DNA of 57,518 nt from an uncultured Mycoplasmatota bacterium. GTDB lineage: Bacteria > Bacillota_I > Bacilli_A > RF39 > UBA660. Positions 28,651 to 37,160 of the stretch are shown here, piece by piece. Under the pieces are notes generated by a model. That model had not been told where the DNA came from and ran no database searches. It saw only the letters and a program-made list of their open reading frames with translations. Location of the stretch: the NCBI GenBank assembly GCA_946497145.1, contig CAMMJA010000004.1, positions 1 through 57,518 on the forward strand. Direction: 5' to 3'. Every line of letters begins with the position of its first letter. Within the stretch, counting starts at the first letter, position 1. Position numbers and translations under genes: made by a program.

Positions 28651-28679
28651 ACTATAATCGATGAATAGAAATCTGTCAA
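28651..28679 (-). promoter_or_regulatory. sigma-A-type promoter of the PemK-like gene
   Basis: Minus strand TTGACA (28674-28679) - 17 nt - TATAGT (28651-28656). Confidence 0.55.
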
Positions 28680-28680
28680 T

Positions 28681-28703
28681 AAAAAAGTATAGTTTCCTAT
28701 ACT
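28681..28703 (-). terminator. spoIVA terminator
   Basis: Hairpin agtatag/ctatact directly after the TAA stop, followed by T6 on the minus strand. Confidence 0.7.
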
Positions 28704-30179
28704 TTATAATACGATTGCAATCATATTGTTAGAGCCCTTGTTGACAATCTTAGAAAGTGTTTGTTGTAGTTTATAACGAATGTTATCAGGCATCAAAGAT
28801 ATTTTTGATTGAATTCCTTCTTGTACAATGACATCCAAACTGCGACCAAATATTTCACTTTTCCAAATGTTGGCTGGTTCTGTTTCATAATCTTTCATCA
28901 AGTAATTGATGAGTTCCTTACTTTGCATCTCACTTCCAATGATTGGTTCAAAGGTACTTTGGACATCTACTCGAATCATGTGAATGGAAGGAGCCACCGC
29001 TTTTAATTTTACACCATAACGAGAACCCTGTTTGATGATTTCTGGTGTATCTAGTTTCATGTCATCTAGCGTTGGATTGGCTACGCCATAGCCCGTTTGT
29101 TTGACCATTTTTAATGCATATTTGATTTGATCGTATTCTCGTTTTGCTTCGTTAAATTCTTGAAACAATGAAAGAAGCTCTGCTTTGTTTCTAACATCTA
29201 TTTTGATGATGTCAGTAAGTACTTTATTGTATAGATCACTTGGTGCTGTAAGTGTGATGGTAACTTCTCCTGTAGATGGATCTACTTCAGAAAGATATGC
29301 TTTTTCAATCGCTTCGTTATCTAAAAAATGTTTGGTAATATTTTCAATATCACGTAGTTTATCAACTTCTGTTACACTTTCACGAATGGCATCAATGTAG
29401 CACTTTTTAATAGGATGGTCATGATTTAAAATAGCAATCCATTCTGGCATGTTGACTTTTACTTCTAAGATTGGAAATTCATAAAGTGCTTCTCTTAGGA
29501 TATTGTACATATCTTTTTCGTTCATCGATTCAATGCTGATCGGCATAACGGGTACTTGATGTTCTTCGTGTAAAGATTCTGCTAATCGTTCTGTCTCTGG
29601 TAGTGATGGATGCGTAGAATTTAAAAGAACAATAAATGGTTTTCCAATACTTTTTAATTCCTCAATCACGCGATTTTCGGCTTCTAAGTAATCTTTTCTG
29701 TTAAATTCTCCAATCGAACCATCTGTCGTTACGACAATTCCAATCGTCGAATGATCTTTGATAACTTTTTCCGTTCCGAGTTCTGCTGCTTCGACAAACG
29801 GAATTTCGTCGTCGTACCATGGTGTTTTTACCATACGTGGTCCATTTTCATCTTCTGCACCTTTGGCATTTTCGATCACATAACCCACACAATCAATCAA
29901 TCGAATGTTACAACTGAAGTCGTCAATTTGAATTTTTGCGGCCTGATTTGGTACGAACTTCGGTTCCGTCGTCATAATCGTTTTTCCTTGAGCACTTTGT
30001 GGAATTTCATCCAGTGCTCTTTTTCGTTCGTATTCATCTTCGATATTCGGTACTACTAAAGTTTCAATTACTTTCTTAATAAAAGTACTTTTTCCTGTAC
30101 GAACTGCACCAACAACACCCAAATAGATGTCACCACCTGTACGTTCTGCGATGTTTTTAATAATTTCATATTTTTCCAT
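28704..30179 (-). CDS. spoIVA: stage IV sporulation protein A
   Basis: 'MEKYEIIKNIAERTGGDIYLGVVGAVRTGKSTFIKK' Walker A N-terminus typical of SpoIVA. 491 aa. Confidence 0.95.
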   Translation of the reverse strand: MEKYEIIKNIAERTGGDIYLGVVGAVRTGKSTFIKKVIETLVVPNIEDEYERKRALDEIPQSAQGKTIMTTEPKFVPNQAAKIQIDDFSCNIRLIDCVGYVIENAKGAEDENGPRMVKTPWYDDEIPFVEAAELGTEKVIKDHSTIGIVVTTDGSIGEFNRKDYLEAENRVIEELKSIGKPFIVLLNSTHPSLPETERLAESLHEEHQVPVMPISIESMNEKDMYNILREALYEFPILEVKVNMPEWIAILNHDHPIKKCYIDAIRESVTEVDKLRDIENITKHFLDNEAIEKAYLSEVDPSTGEVTITLTAPSDLYNKVLTDIIKIDVRNKAELLSLFQEFNEAKREYDQIKYALKMVKQTGYGVANPTLDDMKLDTPEIIKQGSRYGVKLKAVAPSIHMIRVDVQSTFEPIIGSEMQSKELINYLMKDYETEPANIWKSEIFGRSLDVIVQEGIQSKISLMPDNIRYKLQQTLSKIVNKGSNNMIAIVL

Positions 30180-30211
30180 ATTTTCTTCACCTTTTCTTTT
30201 CTATTCATTTA

Positions 30212-30239
30212 AGCATATGTCAAAAACAATCGAATATGA
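30212..30239 (-). promoter_or_regulatory. sigma-E-like promoter upstream of spoIVA
   Basis: Minus strand TCATATT - 13 nt - CATATGCT, compared with the recalled sigma-E consensus kmATATT / CATACAnT. Confidence 0.45.
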
Positions 30240-30271
30240 AAAAAAAGAACATTTCCATATTCTTTCTTTTA

Positions 30272-30511
30272 TCAAAACATCTTATCAATATCTTTGGGAA
30301 CGTTATCTTTCATGATCGCATTTACAATTTTATTGGTTTTCTCTTCACTTACCTGTTTTCCTGCAATACCACCAATTTCTTGCACGAGATCACGTAATAC
30401 CTTTTCATCCTTCATGTTAGAGTTTTGTAGTTTTTGAGCCAATGATAAGATCGTATTTTTATCAACGTTGGTCTTATTTTCTACTTTCTTAAAGAATGCG
30501 TCGCCGAACAT
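30272..30511 (-). CDS. spoVIF: stage VI sporulation protein F-like
   Basis: 'FFKKVENKTNV...LAQKLQNSNMKDEKVLRDLVQEI...KIVNAI' matches my recollection of SpoVIF (YjcC). ATG 30511 follows TAGGAGGAG. Confidence 0.6.
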   Translation of the reverse strand: MFGDAFFKKVENKTNVDKNTILSLAQKLQNSNMKDEKVLRDLVQEIGGIAGKQVSEEKTNKIVNAIMKDNVPKDIDKMF

Positions 30512-30534
30512 AAAAAAATCTCCTCCTACATCCA

Positions 30535-30561
30535 TAGTATATGTCAGAAGAGATTTTTGGT
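30535..30561 (-). promoter_or_regulatory. sigma-K-like promoter upstream of spoVIF
   Basis: Minus strand AC - 16 nt - CATATACTA (consensus AC / CATAnnnTA). Confidence 0.4.
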
Positions 30562-30746
30562 TATTTCTTTTGTCTATCTAATTGTTTTTGATATTTTTCA
30601 CGTTTTTTGGCAAATTCCATGCATTGTTGTTGATATTGTTCTATGGTAATTTGTTTTTTCTCGTAACGTTCATCGAGCATTTCCTGTGCCCGATCTAATC
30701 CTTCTAGAACCGTTTTAGGATTTTCTCTTTTGAAAAAGTTCATCAT
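30561..30746 (-). CDS. hypothetical 61-aa helical protein
   Basis: ATGA overlap with the der stop suggests translational coupling. Charged helical sequence 'RYEKKQITIEQYQQQ'. Confidence 0.4.
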   Translation of the reverse strand: MMNFFKRENPKTVLEGLDRAQEMLDERYEKKQITIEQYQQQCMEFAKKREKYQKQLDRQKK

Positions 30747-32050
30747 TCTTCACCTCTATTTTTAAATTGTAATACGATAGGAGTTCCTGTCAACTCGAAA
30801 TTTTCTCGTAATTTGTTTTCTAAGTATCGCTCGTAAGAAAAATGAATTAACCCCTTATTGTTGACACGAAACGTAAATTTTGGCGGTTGAATTCCTGTTT
30901 GACTGACAAAGTAAATTTTAAGTCGATTTGTTTTATAAGAAGGTGGGGGATTTAGTTGGTAAGCATCCATAATAATATCGTTTAATACGCTGGTTTTAAT
31001 TTCGCGTTTGATGTTTTCCTTGACTTTGATAATTTCAGGCATCAAGGTATGGAGCCGTTTTTTAGTAAGAGCCGACAAGAAGACGATCGGAGCATAAGTA
31101 GCAAATTGAAATTCACTTCGTATCAATTTGGTATAATCTTTAATCGATACGTCAGTTACAGTATCCCATTTGTTGACGACTAAGATGAGTCCTTTTCCTT
31201 TTTCGATCGCATATCCTGCGATGTGCTTATCGTGTTCCATGATTCCTTCTTCAGCATTGATGATGACAAGACAAATGTCACTTCGATCGATTGCTCTTAG
31301 GGAACGTAATAAACTGTATTTTTCGATACTTTCAAATACTTTCCCTTTTTTGCGCATCCCTGCTGTATCGATAACGACGTATTCTTCCCCGTTGTATTTA
31401 AAAACAGAATCGATAGAATCTCGGGTGGTTCCTGCGACATTACTTACGACGACACGCTCTTCGTTCAACAGGGCGTTGGTCAAACTACTTTTTCCTACAT
31501 TTGGTCTTCCGATCATGCAAAATTTTAAACGAGTATCTTCACTGGATGCTTCTTGTTGCTTGAAATCAAGACAAATGGCATCCATTAGTTCTACGAAACC
31601 AAGGTTGTGTATTCCACTGATAGGAATGTAATTATCAAACCCCAGTTCATAAAAATCATAGAGATTGTTTTTTGCTTCTTTGTGATCCATTTTGTTGATG
31701 GCGACGATAATTTTCTTGTTAGATTTGCGTAAAATGTCACGTACGACGAAATCATTTTGGGTAAGACCTTCTTTCCCATCGACGATAAAGACGACTACAT
31801 CGGCTTCGTTAATGGCAATTTCAGCTTGAATTTTGATTTCTTCATTGAAAGGGACGTCGGATATATCAATTCCACCTGTATCGATTACATGAAATTGATA
31901 ACCATTGTAAGTTGCATCACTATATAAGCGATCTCTGGTCACACCTGGTGTATCTTCGATGATGGCAATTTTTTGTCCGACAATTTTATTAAACAATGTA
32001 CTTTTCCCAACGTTGGGTCTTCCTACTAGGGCAACAGTTGGAAAGGTCAT
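30743..32050 (-). CDS. der: ribosome biogenesis GTPase Der (EngA)
   Basis: Two tandem GTPase domains ('GRPNVGKSTLFN' and 'GRPNVGKSSLTN') plus a KH-like C-terminus. SD GGAGGTGGGA. Confidence 0.95.
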   Translation of the reverse strand: MTFPTVALVGRPNVGKSTLFNKIVGQKIAIIEDTPGVTRDRLYSDATYNGYQFHVIDTGGIDISDVPFNEEIKIQAEIAINEADVVVFIVDGKEGLTQNDFVVRDILRKSNKKIIVAINKMDHKEAKNNLYDFYELGFDNYIPISGIHNLGFVELMDAICLDFKQQEASSEDTRLKFCMIGRPNVGKSSLTNALLNEERVVVSNVAGTTRDSIDSVFKYNGEEYVVIDTAGMRKKGKVFESIEKYSLLRSLRAIDRSDICLVIINAEEGIMEHDKHIAGYAIEKGKGLILVVNKWDTVTDVSIKDYTKLIRSEFQFATYAPIVFLSALTKKRLHTLMPEIIKVKENIKREIKTSVLNDIIMDAYQLNPPPSYKTNRLKIYFVSQTGIQPPKFTFRVNNKGLIHFSYERYLENKLRENFELTGTPIVLQFKNRGEE

Positions 32051-32160
32051 AATCCCACCTCCTAATTCATGAGTATTATATCATAAAAGAAAACAGGAAA
32101 CAATCTAGAAGTCATTTTCTATCTATTTCGTTAAAAAGTAACCTTTTTTGACAAAAGTTG

Positions 32161-32189
32161 TTGACAATTTGTGAAAGAAAGAATACAAT
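32161..32189 (+). promoter_or_regulatory. sigma-A-type promoter of the RSH transcription unit
   Basis: TTGACA - 17 nt - TACAAT. Confidence 0.55.
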
Positions 32190-32342
32190 TTATTTAAAAA
32201 TTAATGAAAGGGTGATGAAATGATTAGAAAAAGTAGCTGTATTTACTATGATTTATTGTGCCCTTTCTGCTTGTTTAAAAGTGATGATAACGATAACTAA
32301 GTGTCTTTTTGCTTGGTTATCGTTTTTATTAGGAGGTGGAAT

Positions 32343-33773
32343 ATGACAATCGAAGATTTACTTTTGGTACTAAAAGATTATAACATGGAAGCCGTACCAG
32401 TTGTACATCGCGCTTACTTGTATGCCAAAGAACTACATACAGGACAGTTAAGAGAAAGTGGAGAACCATACATTGTTCATCCATTAAATGTTGCATATAT
32501 TCTTGCTGAAATGCATGCCGATTGTGATACGCTTTGTGCCGGTTTGCTTCATGATGTCATAGAGGATACTACGGCTACCAAAGAAGATATTGCCCATGAT
32601 TTTAACCGTAATGTAGCCAATTTGGTGGATGGAGTAACAAAGCTAGCCAAGATGAACTTTTCATCTAAGCAAGATCTTAACTATGCCAATACCAGAAAAA
32701 TTATTACAGGGATTACAGAAGATGTTAGAATTGTGATCATCAAGTTGGCAGATCGCTTGCACAATATGCGAACATTGCAATTTAAGTCGGAATTTAAGCA
32801 AAAAGAAAATGCGCTAGAGACAATGGATATTTTTGTTCCACTTGCTTACTACATTGGAGCATATCGTATCAAAAGTGAATTAGAAGATTTATCCCTTCAA
32901 TATTTATATCCAGAGAAATATCATAAAATTGAAGAAATCAAAGGAAAAATCGAAACAGAAAGTCATCCATTTTTACGAGAAATGTTGACTACCATTCATC
33001 AAATATTAATAGATCAAAATATTCCAAGTGAAATTAAGATTAGAACGAAGAATATTTATGGTATTTATAAAAAATTAGAAGAAAATTACAAGATTAATGA
33101 AATACATGATTTATTATCATTAAAAGTAATGGTCGACGATATCCAACAATGTTATTTGACTTTAGGATTTGTTCATGCAAAATATCATCCTTTTAATGAA
33201 AAATTTAAAGATTATATTTGTAATCCCAAAACCAATATGTATCGTTCACTTCATACGACAGTGTTTGGTCCTAACGATCGTTTGGTACAAACACAAATTA
33301 GAACGTTTGATATGGATAAAGTTGCTTCTTTTGGACTTATGACATACTGGGATTTAGAAAAAGGAAGAGCAAGAGATGTCATGCAGCAAGAATTAAAAGA
33401 AAAATATCAATTCTTCAAATCGTTAATTGAAATCAATAACATGTTTGGAGATAACAAAGAGTTTGTAAGGCAAGTAAAGTCCGAACTTTTCGCGGACAAA
33501 ATTTATGTTTATACGACCAAAGGGGATATTATCGAACTACCGAAGGGAGCAACTTCCATTGATTTTGCTTACAAGATTCATACGGACGTTGGAAATACGA
33601 TGGTAGCAAGCATAGTAAACGATGAATCTGTACCAATTGATCATCCGTTACATAATAAAGATAGAGTAAAAATCATTACAGATGAGTTGTCTTGCGGACC
33701 TCAAAAAGATTGGATCGACAAAGCCAAAACTACCTATGCCAAACGTAAAATAAAAGAATTTCATAGAAAATAA
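32343..33773 (+). CDS. RelA/SpoT-homologue (long RSH) with HD, synthetase-like and TGS domains, ending just after TGS
   Basis: ATG 32343 follows TAGGAGGTGGA. HD hydrolase motifs 'HPLNVAYILAE...LLHDVIEDT' and 'LADRLHNMRTL'. Synthetase-fold block 'IYGIYKKL...FKDYICNPKTNMYRSLHTTV...QTQIRT'. TGS 'IYVYTTKGDIIELPKGATSIDFAYKIHTDVG'. Ends at 'GPQKDWIDKAKTTYAKRKIKEFHRK' (476 aa). Confidence 0.85.
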   Translation: MTIEDLLLVLKDYNMEAVPVVHRAYLYAKELHTGQLRESGEPYIVHPLNVAYILAEMHADCDTLCAGLLHDVIEDTTATKEDIAHDFNRNVANLVDGVTKLAKMNFSSKQDLNYANTRKIITGITEDVRIVIIKLADRLHNMRTLQFKSEFKQKENALETMDIFVPLAYYIGAYRIKSELEDLSLQYLYPEKYHKIEEIKGKIETESHPFLREMLTTIHQILIDQNIPSEIKIRTKNIYGIYKKLEENYKINEIHDLLSLKVMVDDIQQCYLTLGFVHAKYHPFNEKFKDYICNPKTNMYRSLHTTVFGPNDRLVQTQIRTFDMDKVASFGLMTYWDLEKGRARDVMQQELKEKYQFFKSLIEINNMFGDNKEFVRQVKSELFADKIYVYTTKGDIIELPKGATSIDFAYKIHTDVGNTMVASIVNDESVPIDHPLHNKDRVKIITDELSCGPQKDWIDKAKTTYAKRKIKEFHRK

Positions 33774-33842
33774 GATGTCTAACTTAAGAAGATTTGTGAT
33801 ATAATGTCTTTGTAAATAAAAAACAGAGTAGGAGATGATAAT

Positions 33843-34544
33843 ATGAAAGAAAGAGAATGGTATGATGACGAGAATTTGATCACGAGTATGCTGATTGGTT
33901 TATTGATTTTAATTATTATTGTATCACAATCTTTTGCGATTAGAAATCAATTGGGACTTGGCTTTATGGTTCGTTCTTTGTTAAATTATAATAGCATTTA
34001 TTTGATATTTTTAGCATACTTTATTACAGTGAAAACCAAGTTTGGAAAACGTAACTTCAATGTGTTTAGCATTTGTTTAATTGTAATTCAATTATTGGTG
34101 GTACTCGCATCGTTGTTTAATATTTTTCAAGCGTTTGATTTCACAACGGTTACCAATTTAGTTTTAAACCTTGTTTTGTTTGGTTATATGACTTACAGTT
34201 TGTTGCGTGATACTTCTTTATGGGAGCGTTTCAATTTGATGAAAATTCCATTCGATAAACTAAAGAATATTCAATATTTTTATGTTATAAGTATTCTTGC
34301 TGGTTTATCACTCATTTTTTGTATTATTGCTTCTTTTTCATTCGATACTGTCGTAATGTCTTTGTTAGAGGCCATGTTGATGATTGGAATTGCTCGTTAC
34401 CTATATTTGTGGCTATCTTATCAAGATCAAAGAAAAGAGCAAATCAAAGAACAAGAAGAGAAGAGGGAAGTTACCAAAGAAGAAGTTGTAGTGAAGAAAA
34501 AACCAAGAGCACGGAAGAAAAAAACAGTAGAGGAGGAAAAATAA
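33843..34544 (+). CDS. polytopic membrane protein with a K/E-rich tail
   Basis: About six hydrophobic helices. SD TAGGAGA. Confidence 0.5.
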   Translation: MKEREWYDDENLITSMLIGLLILIIIVSQSFAIRNQLGLGFMVRSLLNYNSIYLIFLAYFITVKTKFGKRNFNVFSICLIVIQLLVVLASLFNIFQAFDFTTVTNLVLNLVLFGYMTYSLLRDTSLWERFNLMKIPFDKLKNIQYFYVISILAGLSLIFCIIASFSFDTVVMSLLEAMLMIGIARYLYLWLSYQDQRKEQIKEQEEKREVTKEEVVVKKKPRARKKKTVEEEK

Positions 34545-34545
34545 G

Positions 34546-34869
34546 TTGTTTGAAGAGATTGAAAAACAAAGAAAAGATTTTCCTAATATGACGAATGTGC
34601 AACATCGTTTTTTAGGAAAAAGACCATTAAACTTTTATCAAATCATTGCGTTATGTGTTTTGGTAATTGGTTTTATTGGTGGAATTTTATTAGGAAACAT
34701 GGTTCCATCGTGCAGTGAGACAAATATGTTTGGTCAATGTAACGTGACAGAATTTAATATTTCTTTGACATTATTTAGTTGGCTTGGTGTCTTTCTATTT
34801 AGTATGTTTTTCTATAGTATTGGACATATTATCAACGTTTTGGAATCGATCGATCAAAAACTCAAGTAG
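34546..34869 (+). CDS. small two-TM membrane protein
   Basis: TTG start 9 nt after GAGGAGG and 1 nt after the upstream stop. Two hydrophobic helices. Confidence 0.45.
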   Translation: MFEEIEKQRKDFPNMTNVQHRFLGKRPLNFYQIIALCVLVIGFIGGILLGNMVPSCSETNMFGQCNVTEFNISLTLFSWLGVFLFSMFFYSIGHIINVLESIDQKLK

Positions 34870-34977
34870 AAACTTGTGTTTTTTTTGTAAATAATGTTGC
34901 TTTTCCCTTTGATTCATGGTATTTTATATATGTAAGCATATCGTAGTGCTTAATAAAAATAGGGAGGTATTATTACG

Positions 34978-35250
34978 ATGAAAAAAGTTGAATTAGTTGA
35001 AGCAGTAGCAGCAAAAACTGGGTTAACCAAAGCAGATGCTACAAGAGCTATCGATGCTACATTCGAAGCAATTACAGGAGCATTAAAAAATGGAGATAAA
35101 GTGCCACTAGTTGGATTTGGAACATTCCAAGTTTCAAGACGTGCAGCACGCGAAGGACGCAATCCACAAACTGGAGCAACTGTTCAAATCGCTGCAAGAA
35201 ACGCAGTTTCATTTAAAGCAGGATCTGCATTAAAAGACGCTGTAAACTAA
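34978..35250 (+). CDS. hup: DNA-binding protein HU
   Basis: 'MKKVELVEAVAAKTGLTKADATRAIDA...GFGTFQVSRRAAREGRNPQTG'. SD TAGGGAGG. Terminator at 35251-35271. Confidence 0.95.
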   Translation: MKKVELVEAVAAKTGLTKADATRAIDATFEAITGALKNGDKVPLVGFGTFQVSRRAAREGRNPQTGATVQIAARNAVSFKAGSALKDAVN

Positions 35251-35328
35251 AAAGCCGTTATGGCTTTTTTCTTTGTCTTTGTTAGGTAGAATACTTAAAG
35301 TGTGGTATAATGAAATTAGGTGAATACA

Positions 35329-36429
35329 ATGTTAAAAACAGCACTAAAGCTTTTAGAAAAAATAGAAGAGCATGGCTTTAAGGCCTACTTGGTAGGGGGA
35401 TATGTACGAGATTATTTGCTCAATATAGATTCCAGTGATATTGATGTTACTACCAATGCAACTCCTATGGATATCAAGGCCATTTTCCAAGAGGCAGCCC
35501 TACCTCATGAAGATTACGGTTCGATTACGGTGATGATCAAAAACGTTCGTTTTGAAATTACGACGTTTCGTAGAGAAATTACGTACTATAACAATCGAAA
35601 ACCAATAGAAATTGAATATATTGATGATTTGTTAGAAGATTTGAAAAGAAGAGATTTCACCATCAATACATTGTGCATGAATAAAAAAGGAGAAGTTCTA
35701 GATTTACTGAATGGAAAACAGGATATTGAAGATAAAGTAATTCGAACAGTAGGAAACAGTTATTTAAAATTTTCAGAAGATACGCTTCGTATTTTGCGTG
35801 CTGTTCGCTTTGCCACCAATTTAAACTTTGAATTGAGTAATGAAGTGAAACATGCGATTTTAGCAACCAAGCATTTATTAAAAAATTTGTCCTATGAGCG
35901 AAAACGTCAAGAATTGGACAAAATTTTTACTAGTAAATACGTGAAACGTGGTATTTCTTTGCTCCAGGAATTGGGACTTGATAAAGAGTTAGAATTAACC
36001 AAGTTGAGTCAAGTTACGATCTATGATGATTTAATTGGCATTTGGGCCATATTAGATGTTTCTGATCGTTATCCTTTTACAGTAAACGAAAAAGAGTTAA
36101 TGCGTAAAATTCACGAAGCAATACCCTTAAATAATTTGGATCCTCAAGTACTGTATCAATATGGGCTTTATGTCAATAGCATCGCAGGAAGTACCAAAGG
36201 AATCGATAAAAAAGAAATAACCAAAGCATACAACGCTCTTCCTATTCATAGTAGGAGTGATATTGATATTACTAGTCAAGAAATTATGACAGCACTCAAT
36301 CAAAAACCAGGCCCTTTTTTAAGAAAAGTATACAAAGATTTGATCAAGCAATTGCTAATGGGTAAATTGTCTAATCAGAAAGAATCTTTGTTACACTATT
36401 GTATTCAAACATACAAGGAGATCGTTTGA
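35329..36429 (+). CDS. cca: CCA tRNA nucleotidyltransferase
   Basis: 'LVGGYVRDYLL...SDIDVTT' polymerase-beta nucleotidyltransferase motif, 'RRDFTIN'. ATG 35329 follows TAGGTGA. Confidence 0.85.
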   Translation: MLKTALKLLEKIEEHGFKAYLVGGYVRDYLLNIDSSDIDVTTNATPMDIKAIFQEAALPHEDYGSITVMIKNVRFEITTFRREITYYNNRKPIEIEYIDDLLEDLKRRDFTINTLCMNKKGEVLDLLNGKQDIEDKVIRTVGNSYLKFSEDTLRILRAVRFATNLNFELSNEVKHAILATKHLLKNLSYERKRQELDKIFTSKYVKRGISLLQELGLDKELELTKLSQVTIYDDLIGIWAILDVSDRYPFTVNEKELMRKIHEAIPLNNLDPQVLYQYGLYVNSIAGSTKGIDKKEITKAYNALPIHSRSDIDITSQEIMTALNQKPGPFLRKVYKDLIKQLLMGKLSNQKESLLHYCIQTYKEIV

Positions 36430-36494
36430 TCTTCTTTTCTTGAAGAAAAAAGTAGAATATGGTAAGATAAAAAACAAAAGAAAGGTGGATCTAC

Positions 36495-37160
36495 ATGAAA
36501 AATGAAAAATTATTACAGTTAATGAAACAAAAAAATATTGTAATCCCTCTTTATTTATTACAAATTCATCCTAAATTAAAAATCACGATGGATGAGTTTG
36601 TATTCTTAATGTATTTGACCAATCAAGGGGATGTATTTCTCTTTAACCCTAATAAAATAGCACAAGAATATCACATTGCGTTACCACAGGTATTAAACTA
36701 TATTTCTGTTTTAACAGAAAAACATCTTTTGCGTGTCGAAGTGCGTAAAAATGATAAACAGATCATGGAAGAATACGTCAACTTAGAAGATTTCTACCAT
36801 AAAGTATCTCTTCTTTTGACGGAGTATATGAATAGTCAAGATCAAGAGATAGAAAGTAATGTGTTTGAATTGATTGAACAAGAATTTGGAAGAACTTTAA
36901 GTCCTATGGAATATGAAATTATTAAAGCATGGTTAGAAAATGGAACGAGTGAAGAATTGATTACAGAGGCCTTAAAAGAAGCAACTTTTAATGGGGTATC
37001 TAATTTGCGCTATATTGATAAGATTTTATATGAATGGGGTAAAAAAGGAATTAAAACCAAAGACGATGTTTTAAGGCATCAAACGAAGTACAAGCAAGAA
37101 AAACAAGAAAAGAAAGAAGTATTTGATTACGATTGGTTTGAGGAGCATGATGATGAATAA
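36495..37160 (+). CDS. dnaD: DnaD-domain replication initiation protein
   Basis: C-terminal DnaD/DnaB_2 motif 'IEQEFGRTLSPMEYEIIKAWLE...LRYIDKILYEWGKKGIKT'. Followed by nth as in Bacillus. Confidence 0.8.
   Translation: MKNEKLLQLMKQKNIVIPLYLLQIHPKLKITMDEFVFLMYLTNQGDVFLFNPNKIAQEYHIALPQVLNYISVLTEKHLLRVEVRKNDKQIMEEYVNLEDFYHKVSLLLTEYMNSQDQEIESNVFELIEQEFGRTLSPMEYEIIKAWLENGTSEELITEALKEATFNGVSNLRYIDKILYEWGKKGIKTKDDVLRHQTKYKQEKQEKKEVFDYDWFEEHDDE

Noticed and set aside
31170-31631. 153-aa plus-strand ORF inside der
   Set aside because: It lies antisense to a highly conserved GTPase gene and has no translation signals.
34319-34591. 90-aa ORF overlapping the end of the 233-aa membrane protein gene
   Set aside because: It is an alternate frame of the K/E-rich tail, with no SD. 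The downstream TTG-initiated gene with a GAGGAGG SD explains the region better.
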